In this document: positions 8,747-16,786 of the stretch, piece after piece | Layout: each line of letters starts with the position of its first letter | Position numbering within the stretch: the first letter of the stretch is position 1 | Assembly: GCA_001779925.1 (NCBI GenBank) | Contig: MFEK01000014.1 | Span: 86,983 to 150,982, forward strand | Length of the DNA stretch: 64,000 bases | From: Candidatus Doudnabacteria bacterium RIFCSPHIGHO2_01_FULL_46_14 | GTDB taxonomy: Bacteria; Patescibacteriota; Doudnabacteria; UBA920; 2-01-FULL-46-14 | Direction: 5' to 3' | Position numbers and translations under genes: made by a program | Notes under the pieces: generated by a model | What the model saw: only the letters and a program-made list of their open reading frames with translations | What the model was told of the DNA's origin: nothing | Databases searched by the model: none

Positions 8747-9529
8747 ATGACATTATTATTATGGATTCTTGCCGGCTGCATAGTTTCCGGAGTGTTATCC
8801 CTGATCGGCGGCGCAGTATTGCTCGTCAAGGCAGATTTGATTCGCAAATTTTCCACGCATTTGGTATCATTTGCGGTTGGAGCTCTTTTAAGCACTGCAT
8901 TTTTAGATCTTCTTCCTGAAGCAATAGAACATGGACGGGAGGCAGGAGTTGGAATCGATGCGCTTCTTGTTGCAGTTATGATCGGGATTGTTGGGTTTTT
9001 TATTTTAGAAAGTTTGATATTGAAATTCCATCCGCACCACCATGAGGACGAGGACGAGTTTCATCATCATGCGACGCCAAAGCTGCTGCTTATCGGGGAC
9101 ACTATGCACAATTTTATTGACGGCGTGGTTATAGCTGGAGCCTTTCTAACCAACGTGCCTTTGGGAATCGTAACGGCCATTGCGGTTGCCGCTCATGAAT
9201 TGCCTCAGGAAATTGGGGATTTTTCAGTGATGCTTTATCACGGCTGGGCAAAACCTAAAGTTCTGTGGGCCAATGTCATATCCTCTCTCTCGAATATTGC
9301 CGGAGCGCTAATTGCGTTTTTTGCCGCAAGTTTTCTTGAACCAAAATTGCCGCATTTACTAGCCCTCACCACTGGGATTTTTATCTACATCGCGGCCGCA
9401 GATCTCATTCCGGAAATTTCCATGTCCCATCGCCGTGATAAAACCAGTCATGTTATAATTTTGCTTTTGTTGGGAATTTTTGCAGTTTGGATTTTAAAAT
9501 TTTATCTGGAAGGAACCGTTCATGGCTAA
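8747..9529 (+). CDS. zupT: ZIP family metal (zinc) transporter
   Basis: His-rich loop HPHHHEDEDEFHHH, conserved HELPQEIGDF motif, multiple TM helices. Confidence 0.75.
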   Translation: MTLLLWILAGCIVSGVLSLIGGAVLLVKADLIRKFSTHLVSFAVGALLSTAFLDLLPEAIEHGREAGVGIDALLVAVMIGIVGFFILESLILKFHPHHHEDEDEFHHHATPKLLLIGDTMHNFIDGVVIAGAFLTNVPLGIVTAIAVAAHELPQEIGDFSVMLYHGWAKPKVLWANVISSLSNIAGALIAFFAASFLEPKLPHLLALTTGIFIYIAAADLIPEISMSHRRDKTSHVIILLLLGIFAVWILKFYLEGTVHG

Positions 9530-10157
9530 GTACATCGACATAAGCTTGAGCCTCGACAATACTACGTTTCCCTGGCCGGGCGACACGAGATTTGTTCGCT
9601 TGGAGAAAAAAGGATCCGGAATAGTTTCCCAGCTAATCATGTCAACGCATACCGGTACTCACATTGACGCACCCAAGCATTTTTTGTTTGATAAATCCGG
9701 CGTTGATCAAATTCAGCTAGCGAAATTGATCGGACCGGCGCGAGTTATGGCGATAAATTCTGAAAAATTAATCACAGTAAAAGATATTCTGTCGGCCCAA
9801 GGCCGATCCGCCTCGGGCGGAAAAATCCAAAAAGCGGAACGGATCTTGTTTAAAACCAGAAATTCCAAACTTTATAAAAAAGGCAGATTCACGGCTGATT
9901 ATGTTTCGTTGTCCCTTGAGGGTGCCGAGTATCTGGCAAAAAAGAAAATCAGTCTCGTTGGCATAGATTATCTGGGCATTGAAGCCAAAAGCGCGCCCGG
10001 GCATCCGGTGCACAAGACACTGCTTGCAGCAGGCATTGTGAATCTGGAGGGACTAGATTTATCCAAGGTCAAACCAGGCAATTACAATCTCGCGGCATTG
10101 CCGCTGAAAATAAAAGCTGGAGATGGTTCACCGTGCAGGGCTATTTTGTGGCGTTAG
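9522..10157 (+). CDS. Cyclase-family protein (kynurenine formamidase-like)
   Basis: HTGTHIDAPKHF cyclase signature. Confidence 0.65.
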   Translation: MAKYIDISLSLDNTTFPWPGDTRFVRLEKKGSGIVSQLIMSTHTGTHIDAPKHFLFDKSGVDQIQLAKLIGPARVMAINSEKLITVKDILSAQGRSASGGKIQKAERILFKTRNSKLYKKGRFTADYVSLSLEGAEYLAKKKISLVGIDYLGIEAKSAPGHPVHKTLLAAGIVNLEGLDLSKVKPGNYNLAALPLKIKAGDGSPCRAILWR

Positions 10158-10552
10158 GAATCTTTTCCCCTCCTTAACAAGGAGGGGTTAGGGGAGGTCT
10201 TGATTGCAGTCTCTATCTCCTCAAGTACTGCCTCAAGATTTTTATAAATTTCCTGATTGGTGAATCGAAGAAACTTGATGCCAAAAGATTGAATATAAGC
10301 CTGCCTATCCTTGTCCAGTCTTGCCGAATTGTCGTCAAAATGTGAATCACCATCAATTTCAATGGCCAATTTCAGGAGCGGGCAATAAAAATCAACAATA
10401 TATTTGCCTACACTGTATTGTCTGCGAAATTTTACGCCGAGTACACTTTTGTTTTTAAGATGCCCCCACAGGATCCGTTCTGCCGGGGGCATATCTGTTC
10501 TTAATTTTTGTCTTTTGATTTTTTCTGATGTCTTATTGAAGGTTTTTGTCAT
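10154..10552 (-). CDS. DUF559 (Vsr-like PD-(D/E)xK) endonuclease-domain protein
   Basis: ERILWGHLKN...KFRRQYSVGKYIVDFYCP...LAIEIDGDSHF...FLRFTNQEI. The C-terminal 14 aa are encoded by the flanking hairpin repeat. Confidence 0.65.
   Translation of the reverse strand: MTKTFNKTSEKIKRQKLRTDMPPAERILWGHLKNKSVLGVKFRRQYSVGKYIVDFYCPLLKLAIEIDGDSHFDDNSARLDKDRQAYIQSFGIKFLRFTNQEIYKNLEAVLEEIETAIKTSPNPSLLRRGKDS
10167..10199. repeat. Hairpin CCCCTCCTTAACAAGGAGGGG followed by TTAGGGGAGGTC; left inverted-repeat boundary of the DUF559 unit
   Basis: AGGGGAGGTC (10190-10199) is the exact reverse complement of GACCTCCCCT (10576-10585). Confidence 0.55.
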
Positions 10553-10575
10553 TTTTTACCCCACCTGACCTCCCC

Positions 10576-10598
10576 TTGTAAAGGGGAGGAACAAAACA
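10576..10598. repeat. Hairpin CCTCCCCTTGTAAAGGGGAGG; right inverted-repeat boundary of the DUF559 unit
   Basis: Mirror of the left hairpin; same loop type TTAACAA / TTGTAAA. Confidence 0.55.
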
Positions 10599-11528
10599 TC
10601 ATTTTTTATATTTGACCTCATGTCCGCCAAATTGCTTTCGAAGCAGGGCTACGATTTTGTTGGAAAAAATTTCCTGATTCTCCGGCTTTTCGGATTCTTG
10701 CCTGACGCGAAAGGCATCTTCCATTACCGGAACATTTACGCCCAGGCGTTTTGCTTCGTCAACAGTCCATTTGCCTTCGCCTGTATGGTGCACATAGCCG
10801 ACAACGTTATCAAGATCCTCAGTGTCAAAAATATTTTTAGCGAGGTCCACGAGCCAAGAGGATACCACTGAGCCTTTGCTCCAGATGTGCGCCACCTGCG
10901 AGAAATCAAGGTTTTTAAATTCAGACGCTTTCAGAACGCCGAAGCCTTCGGCGATCGCCTCCATCATGCCGTACTCGATGGCATTGTGCACCATTTTGAC
11001 GAAATGGCCCGCGCCGTTCGGACCAACCAGACCGAAATTTTCGCCATTGCCGGCCGCCAGCGCTTTGAATACTGGCTCTACCCGCGGCCAGATTTCTTTG
11101 GGACCACCAACCATGATGGAAAAGCCGTTTCTCTCTCCCCACACGCCGCCTGATGTGCCACTGTCGAAAAAATGAATACCTTGCTCTGCGAGTTTTTTGG
11201 CCCGGATTTGCGAGTCACGGTAAAAAGAATTGCCACCGTCTATCACAATATCACCTTTCGACAAGCTCAGGGCCTTCGGCCCAAAAAGGAATTCATCGAC
11301 GAGGTCACCAGCAGGGAGCATTAACCAGACGATTCGTGGTGAGTCTATTTCTGTAATTAGTTGCTCTGGAGTTTCCGCGACCTGGCCCCCAAACTTCGCA
11401 AATTCCTCCCGCGGTCCCGGACTGCGGTTCCATGCAATGATGTTAAATTTATTGGTATGCAGTCTGCGGGCAATCTGCGCGCCCATTCTACCAAGCCCCA
11501 TTATGCCTATTGTTACCTGATGTGCCAT
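10599..11528 (-). CDS. gnd: 6-phosphogluconate dehydrogenase, decarboxylating (short YqeC-type)
   Basis: N-terminal IGIMGLGRMGAQIARRL NAD-binding fold; typical length; overlaps zwf stop. Confidence 0.8.
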   Translation of the reverse strand: MAHQVTIGIMGLGRMGAQIARRLHTNKFNIIAWNRSPGPREEFAKFGGQVAETPEQLITEIDSPRIVWLMLPAGDLVDEFLFGPKALSLSKGDIVIDGGNSFYRDSQIRAKKLAEQGIHFFDSGTSGGVWGERNGFSIMVGGPKEIWPRVEPVFKALAAGNGENFGLVGPNGAGHFVKMVHNAIEYGMMEAIAEGFGVLKASEFKNLDFSQVAHIWSKGSVVSSWLVDLAKNIFDTEDLDNVVGYVHHTGEGKWTVDEAKRLGVNVPVMEDAFRVRQESEKPENQEIFSNKIVALLRKQFGGHEVKYKK

Positions 11529-12961
11529 TGCCTTTGATCCTTTTTGATTAATTTATCAGATCCTTCCGGACCCCAGCTTCCTGCGGGATAAACGGAAACC
11601 CTGGTTTTTTTCAAATATTTTTCAATCTCGTCAATGTATTTCCAGGAATACTCGATTTCATCAGAGCGGGCGAAGAGACGCTGATCTCCTTCGATGAAAT
11701 CGAGGAGCAAGCGCTCGTAAGCCTCCGGAAATTCACCTTGAAAAGCCGAATGATAACCAAGCTCCATGGTCACAGGGTGGAGGCGGATCCCAAATCCCGG
11801 GAATTTGGCCGCGATATCCAAAAACAGTCCTTCGTTCGGATGGATTTCAAAATTCAGCACATTGGGGATGTCCGGTTGTCCGCCAAACAGGTCAGGGAGA
11901 GGACGTTTGAAATGAATCGAAATTTCCGTTATCTTTGATTTTAGTTTTTTACCGGCGCGCAGATAAAAAGGCACGCCCTGCCATCGCGGGTTATCAACAT
12001 GGAGCTTCAGAGCGGCAAAGGTTTCCACTGTGGATTTTGGATGAATGTTCGGTTCCGCTCGGTATTTTGCGTACTGTCCGGCGGCTAGAGAATTTTTCAT
12101 TTCTTTAGCCTTTGGCATTCTGATTTGTTTTATCACTTTTGCCCGCTCATCGCGGATGGCGGTTGCCGACAGATCATGAGGGGCTTCCATGGCAATGTGA
12201 GCGACAAGCTGCATCATGTGGTTTTGCACTACGTCTCGGATTGCCCCTGTTTGTTCGTAGAACGCCCCGCGGTTTTCAATGCCCCTTTCCTCCAGAGAAG
12301 AGATTTGTATATGGTCAATGTATTTACGGTTCCAAATCGGTTCAAAAATACTGTTTGCAAACCGGACAGTGAGAATATTCTGTACGGTTTCTTTGCCGAG
12401 GTAATGGTCGATGCGGTAGATTTGGCTTTCAGAAAAATATTTTTCCAAAGTCTCGTCAAGTTTCTTTGCAGATTTGAGATCAGACCCGAACGGCTTCTCA
12501 ATGACCACTCTGGTTTGGCGCTTGTGGATCCGACAGCCGACGAGCAGGCCTGATTTGTCCAAAGCATGGGAAATGGTGTGGTAATGTGAGGGCAGGGTGG
12601 CGAAATAGAAGAGACGATTGGCGCAACTATGATTTTTGCTTTCTAGTTTTACCAGTAATTTAGCCAGTTTTTTAAAATCATTTTCGTTCGTGAAATTGCC
12701 CGACATATAATAAATTTTTTTCGCAAATTTATTCCATTCTTTGGATATGCCCGGCGGTTCTATTTTTTTACGAAACTGTTCGTGCGAAAACTCGCTTCTG
12801 GCAAAACCGACTATGCTAATCGACTTTGGCAGCAATTTTCGTTTATATAGGCGGTTGAGAGCAGGGATAAGCCTGTGGCCGGCCAGATCACCGGTCGCGC
12901 CAAAAATAACTAGGATGGTCGGGTCAAGATGTTCTTTTTGCATAACTTGATTATAAATCAA
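11513..12961 (-). CDS. zwf: Glucose-6-phosphate 1-dehydrogenase
   Basis: ILVIFGATGDLAGHRLIPAL and RIDHYLGKE signatures. Confidence 0.9.
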   Translation of the reverse strand: MIYNQVMQKEHLDPTILVIFGATGDLAGHRLIPALNRLYKRKLLPKSISIVGFARSEFSHEQFRKKIEPPGISKEWNKFAKKIYYMSGNFTNENDFKKLAKLLVKLESKNHSCANRLFYFATLPSHYHTISHALDKSGLLVGCRIHKRQTRVVIEKPFGSDLKSAKKLDETLEKYFSESQIYRIDHYLGKETVQNILTVRFANSIFEPIWNRKYIDHIQISSLEERGIENRGAFYEQTGAIRDVVQNHMMQLVAHIAMEAPHDLSATAIRDERAKVIKQIRMPKAKEMKNSLAAGQYAKYRAEPNIHPKSTVETFAALKLHVDNPRWQGVPFYLRAGKKLKSKITEISIHFKRPLPDLFGGQPDIPNVLNFEIHPNEGLFLDIAAKFPGFGIRLHPVTMELGYHSAFQGEFPEAYERLLLDFIEGDQRLFARSDEIEYSWKYIDEIEKYLKKTRVSVYPAGSWGPEGSDKLIKKDQRQWHIR

Positions 12962-12995
12962 AACTCCTCCGACGTGTAGTCGGAGGAGTTTTGAT
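12959..12995. promoter_or_regulatory. Perfect palindromic hairpin TCAAAACTCCTCCGAC GTGTAG GTCGGAGGAGTTTTGA; candidate bidirectional terminator
   Basis: 16-bp perfect stem read from the sequence. Lies between zwf start and the small minus-strand ORFs. Confidence 0.4.
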
Positions 12996-13000
12996 TTTGA

Positions 13001-13099
13001 CTATTCACTATCCACACCGCCTCGAGTGTCTTGTCTGGTATCTTCCTCAGCGTCCATGTTGCCGCTTGATTCCTGGCTCTGGTCTTGTTTTTCTCCCAT
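13001..13099 (-). CDS. Tiny hydrophilic ORF (32 aa, MGEKQDQSQESSGNMDAEEDTRQDTRGGVDSE) with strong SD GGAGGTGA
   Basis: Not in the ORF track (<60 aa). Paralogous to the ORF at 13151-13219. Confidence 0.3.
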   Translation of the reverse strand: MGEKQDQSQESSGNMDAEEDTRQDTRGGVDSE

Positions 13100-13150
13100 A
13101 TTCCTCACCTCCTCTCAGCTAGCGGTTAATCGGAAGCATAAAACATTTGC

Positions 13151-13219
13151 TTATTGATTGTCAGACTGGCCGCTTTGCTGACCTTGCTGCCCCTCTTGTC
13201 CTTGACCTTTTTTGTCCAT
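13151..13219 (-). CDS. Tiny hydrophilic ORF (22 aa, MDKKGQGQEGQQGQQSGQSDNQ) with strong SD GGGGAGGTGA
   Basis: Same architecture as 13001-13099. Confidence 0.3.
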   Translation of the reverse strand: MDKKGQGQEGQQGQQSGQSDNQ

Positions 13220-13383
13220 AATAATTTCACCTCCCCTCGGTTATGAATTATTAACGCTCAAACATTATGCTTTGCGCGCTTGATCTAACCGATAGACTAA
13301 TGAACAATTATTTACACAATAATTATCTTATTTTTGGAACAGCCCGGTTTTTGTTTCATGCCTCAGTTTCTATGCTTGTATAG

Positions 13384-13412
13384 TTGAAATTTTTCGTAAA
13401 AAATGGTAAAAT
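13384..13412 (+). promoter_or_regulatory. Sigma70-type promoter TTGAAA-17-TAAAAT upstream of the tRNA-Arg(TCT) locus
   Basis: -35 at 13384-13389, -10 at 13407-13412, 17-nt spacer. Confidence 0.5.
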
Positions 13413-13452
13413 CACAATAATTCGAATAAACGAGTCCCCGTAGTTCAACTTG

Positions 13453-13464
13453 CCCCGTTAGGCA
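13453..13464. repeat. Left arm CCCCGTTAGGCA of a perfect 12-bp inverted repeat; partner TGCCTAACGGGG at 13541-13552
   Basis: Shares the CCCCGTTAG core with the MITE TIRs at 1012, 8085 and 24369. Confidence 0.6.
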
Positions 13465-13466
13465 TT

Positions 13467-13538
13467 CTCCCCGTAGTTCAATGGATAGAACGGGAGCCTT
13501 CTAAGCTCTTGATGTAGGTTCGATTCCTACCGGGGGGA
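13467..13538 (+). tRNA. tRNA-Arg (anticodon TCT), inner intact copy, no CCA encoded
   Basis: Acceptor CTCCCCG/CGGGGGG, D arm GTTC..GAAC, anticodon stem GGAGC/GCTCT with loop CTTCTAA, T arm GTAGGTTCGATTCCTAC. Confidence 0.75.
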
Positions 13539-13659
13539 TGTGCCTAACGGGGTGAAGATAGAACACTGGTCTTCTAAGCCGGATATGTAGGTTTGATTCC
13601 TACCGGGGATACCAACGAGGCAGTAATTTGTAATTAGTACTTAGCCTATCCAAAATACT

Positions 13660-14181
13660 ATGGAAAAAAGCTTTCTACATTTTTTTCTCGGGTCTGATCC
13701 GGAACGGCACCGAAAAATCCTCAAAAGCCTGAAAGCGAAAGCTGACGCCAAACGGACCGTGACTGAGCGTATCGCTGACTGGATGACCAGTCATTTTGGC
13801 ACTATGTTCTTTTTGACTCTGAACGTCATCATCTTTTTCCTCTGGCTTTTGATAAACACTGGGAAAATTTCAGGCATACCTATTTTTGATCCTTTCCCTT
13901 TTAATCTTTTGACCACAGTCGTTTCCCTAGAAGCAATCATGCTCGCCATATTTGTGCTTATTTCGCAGAACCGGGCAGCTAGGGTTGATGATGTTCGCGA
14001 AGAAACTCATTTGCAGATAGACCTGATCACTGAAAAAGAAGTAACTAAGGTTTTAAAACTCCTCACAACAATTGCCGAGAAAAACGGCATTGACCTTTCG
14101 CAGGATCCTGAGTTACAGAAAATGCTGAAACCCGTGAGCGCCGACGATCTCGAAAAAATGCTCGAAAAAGAGATCTCTTGA
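13660..14181 (+). CDS. DUF1003 family membrane protein
   Basis: Two TM helices plus the conserved LISQNRAARVDDVREETHLQIDL region. Confidence 0.6.
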   Translation: MEKSFLHFFLGSDPERHRKILKSLKAKADAKRTVTERIADWMTSHFGTMFFLTLNVIIFFLWLLINTGKISGIPIFDPFPFNLLTTVVSLEAIMLAIFVLISQNRAARVDDVREETHLQIDLITEKEVTKVLKLLTTIAEKNGIDLSQDPELQKMLKPVSADDLEKMLEKEIS

Positions 14182-14359
14182 TTTTTGCTCCGAAAAGGAG
14201 TATACTATCTGCAGTGTATGACATCCGCCTACGCTAAAAGCTTCGGCGGACATGCAGCAAATGTTTGACACAGCAAACATGGTCTGACTCTTCACAATCT
14301 GTGTAAGAGTTTTTTTGAACCCAATTTTGAGTTTTACGCTTTGAGTTTCAAGTTATCAT

Positions 14360-14434
14360 GGTGCCCGTAGTTCAATGGTAGAACGCCGCTCTGTGGCAGC
14401 GGTCACGAGGGTCCGATTCCCTTCGGGCACCCCA
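14360..14434 (+). tRNA. tRNA-His (anticodon GTG) with G-1 and encoded CCA
   Basis: G-1 then acceptor GTGCCCG/CGGGCAC, anticodon loop CTGTGGC, T arm GAGGGTCCGATTCCCTT, discriminator C. Confidence 0.85.
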
Positions 14435-14438
14435 CAAA

Positions 14439-14470
14439 AAACCACCTGTTTGCGCAGGCGGTTTTTTGTT
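14439..14470 (+). terminator. Rho-independent terminator after tRNA-His
   Basis: Stem AACCACCTG / CAGGCGGTT followed by TTTTTTGTT. Confidence 0.5.
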
Positions 14471-14511
14471 AGTGCCATGAGAGCAGTCACCAGTCAGAAA
14501 CACCTCTTTAA

Positions 14512-14796
14512 TTGGTTGATTTGGTAGAGAACGGGTTTTTTACGAGGGTATTCTTGTTCATTTCGGTGGTATTTAGCTATTGTATCTCTATTGAATCTCT
14601 GTCATGCTCCCTGCATATGGCTATAAATTGGAAAGAGATTCACAAAGACTATCGCGGTTTATGGGTGGCGTTGGAAACCACAGTAATTGCTAGTGGAAAA
14701 ACAGCGGAAGAAGCTCTCGAAAGCGCGAAAAAACTTGGTTATCTAAAACCGATCATTGCGCTCATCCCTGACGAGCTTCCCACTTCTTTACTATAA
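14512..14796 (+). CDS. Hypothetical protein (94 aa)
   Basis: ORF only; no recognisable motif. Confidence 0.3.
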   Translation: MVDLVENGFFTRVFLFISVVFSYCISIESLSCSLHMAINWKEIHKDYRGLWVALETTVIASGKTAEEALESAKKLGYLKPIIALIPDELPTSLL

Positions 14797-15235
14797 AAAT
14801 ATTTGCTATATGGGGGGGGGTTAGCAATCTGATGGATTCGATATATTCTTTGAATTGCATGATCCTGTCGCCAAGCAGTTTTTCTTTTTGTTTATCCCAA
14901 CCCAGATCCATGGGCGCGCGGCCCTCTAAACTCAGGCCAGCTTTCATGGCTACGAGTTTTTCCGGTTCCGGGAGAGTAAATTTCCGCAGGCCCAAAAGAG
15001 CTATCTCCATCTCCGCCCGCATGGTCATGAACTTTGAGAGAAAATCCAGGGGGACGGGCGTGTCGAATTCCAAATCATGCTCATAGTGCCGCGCCAGTTC
15101 GGGCATATCCGGAAACATGGAAAGCATCTCTATAATAAGATTTTCGGCTTTTGCAAACGCTGCCATAACTTCCTCTGATCGAGACGGCTGCGGTTTATGA
15201 GGATTGATTAGTTCGCGGAGGTATTGAATGAACAT
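14762..15235 (-). CDS. Hypothetical protein (157 aa)
   Basis: ORF abutting the DUF3494 gene on the same strand. Confidence 0.4.
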   Translation of the reverse strand: MFIQYLRELINPHKPQPSRSEEVMAAFAKAENLIIEMLSMFPDMPELARHYEHDLEFDTPVPLDFLSKFMTMRAEMEIALLGLRKFTLPEPEKLVAMKAGLSLEGRAPMDLGWDKQKEKLLGDRIMQFKEYIESIRLLTPPHIANIFIVKKWEARQG

Positions 15236-15237
15236 AA

Positions 15238-16203
15238 CTAAATCGTTAGCTTTTTCTTTTGATCTATAGCAGATGATGCTAAAACTAACGTAAGCAAGCC
15301 GGCGATCGCAAGGTTTTTACCAAGAGCAGTTCCTGTAACCGGAAGTGGTGTAGCAGTTGGCGCCGGACTTGGCGCAGGAGCCAGGGCAGGGGTGACTGGG
15401 GTTGGAGTGGGCGTTGGCGCTGCAACTGGTGCGGGCGTTGGAGTGGTTGGGGTTGGGGTAGGTGATGGCGTCGGAGTTGGTGTTGGAGCGGGTGTAACAA
15501 CAACAGCCGTACACACTGCTTTGGTAATGGTGTTTGAATCCAGCGTAACTGCGCCGTTCCTTGCCAAAACCCGGCCTTCCACGTTGGCCCCTGTGGTGAG
15601 TGTGGCAGATGTGAGAGCTAGAATGTTTCCTTTCAAAAAGGAATTTGTGCCGAGAGTTGCGCTGCTGCCGATTTGCCAAAAGACATTGCAGGCTTGGGCA
15701 TTATTTGCCAGCACTATATTGCTAGATCCGGCTGTGATAAGCGTAGAAGCGGTTTTGAATACAAAGACTGCATTGGGATCGCCTTGGGCATCGAGGGTCA
15801 GGGTCCCTGTTATCCCAAATGTACCGGCTGCTGAATCGTAGATACCGGCAATTTTGGTTGTTCCACCGAGCTCCGTAGGGACTGTGGAAACTGGTGTTTG
15901 CCCTGCGGCGTTGTTGTAAGCGGTGACCAAATCATTTTTGGCCCCTTGAGTAACCGCATCACCTGCGTGATTTGTTCCGTTCAGCGTGACGGAGCCGAAA
16001 CCTGTCTGGGTCGCAGTTGGAAACGTTCCGACATCACCGGTGATCGTTGTCGCGCCTGTATTGGTGATCCCGGAGCCGCCCAGAACCGCGAAATTATCCG
16101 CTGCGCCAAGGTTTACTGCTGTGGCGGCGCTGACAAGCCCGGGCGGAGCAAGCGTAAAGGCGGCTGCTAGTACGATAAACGAGATTATACTTAACTTTTT
16201 CAT
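15238..16203 (-). CDS. Sortase-anchored surface protein: DUF3494 (ice-binding-like) domain, PT-rich linker, LPVTG sorting signal
   Basis: Signal peptide; NFAVLGGSGITNTGATTITGDVG DUF3494 motif; PTPTPTP linker; C-terminal LPVTG plus hydrophobic helix plus KKK tail. Confidence 0.65.
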   Translation of the reverse strand: MKKLSIISFIVLAAAFTLAPPGLVSAATAVNLGAADNFAVLGGSGITNTGATTITGDVGTFPTATQTGFGSVTLNGTNHAGDAVTQGAKNDLVTAYNNAAGQTPVSTVPTELGGTTKIAGIYDSAAGTFGITGTLTLDAQGDPNAVFVFKTASTLITAGSSNIVLANNAQACNVFWQIGSSATLGTNSFLKGNILALTSATLTTGANVEGRVLARNGAVTLDSNTITKAVCTAVVVTPAPTPTPTPSPTPTPTTPTPAPVAAPTPTPTPVTPALAPAPSPAPTATPLPVTGTALGKNLAIAGLLTLVLASSAIDQKKKLTI

Positions 16204-16499
16204 TTGTTTGAGACTTTCTTATTTATTGGGAAAACCTTGATTATGGACCTGACACTCCAATTGTCCAGGTTCAGGAAATAATAAACGCTGCGACCATGTT
16301 TTTTTTTATTCACGAGACCGCTTAGCGTGAGGATCTTCAAGTGTTGGGAAGAGAGCGGCATGGAGATGCTTAGGGTTTTCGCAATATTACTCACCACCAT
16401 GTGCTTTTTCTCGATCAGGGACCGAAAAATCCGGTATCGGTTTATGTCGCCTAAGGTTTTAAACACCAGAACTAACTCCCTATTTTTTCTGGTCTTCAT
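16200..16499 (-). CDS. ArsR/SmtB family transcriptional regulator
   Basis: YRIFRSLIEKKHMVVSNIAKTLSISMPLSSQHLKILTLSGLV winged-HTH pattern. Confidence 0.6.
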   Translation of the reverse strand: MKTRKNRELVLVFKTLGDINRYRIFRSLIEKKHMVVSNIAKTLSISMPLSSQHLKILTLSGLVNKKKHGRSVYYFLNLDNWSVRSIIKVFPINKKVSNK

Positions 16500-16572
16500 G
16501 AATACTGACCTTTCAATACTTAAGTAATTATCTAACTATTTAAGTATAGCTATGGTAATGGAGACTGTCAAA

Positions 16573-16600
16573 TGGCAGCGGTCACGAGGGTCCGATTCCC
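16573..16600 (+). repeat. 28-bp exact copy of the tRNA-His anticodon-to-T-arm segment (TGGCAGCGGTCACGAGGGTCCGATTCCC); direct repeat of 14391-14418
   Basis: Identical 28-mer read in both places; bounds a 2.1-kb islet. Confidence 0.55.
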
Positions 16601-16786
16601 CTTGACCCCCTGACTTTCAAACGTGCGCTATATGGCGCAGCATTAAATTGATAGGTTGTAAGCAGTATCTAGAACTTTTATAATTCCCTTATATGGTGCC
16701 GCCCGTCTCGCCGTCGGCATCGCCGAGGTTTGGACGAAAGCTAGTGTTTTTTGTTAAGATGAGGTTGTCATCCGAAATTTCTTGAA

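Larger units (their letters stand above)
13434..13614 (+). other. Split outer tRNA-Arg(TCT) copy: 5' part 13434-13448 (acceptor+D stem) and 3' part 13557-13614 (D stem to CCA), interrupted in the D loop by a 108-nt inverted-repeat-bounded insert containing a complete tRNA-Arg(TCT)
   Basis: Joining the halves gives acceptor GTCCCCG/CGGGGAT, anticodon stem CTGGT/GCCGG with loop CTTCTAA, T arm GTAGGTTTGATTCCTAC and encoded ACCA. Confidence 0.45.

Noticed and set aside
10620-11356. Plus-strand ORFs antisense to gnd (10620-10871, 10822-11175, 10887-11153, 11153-11356)
   Set aside because: They are fully embedded antisense to a well-supported 6-phosphogluconate dehydrogenase gene, with no motifs of their own.
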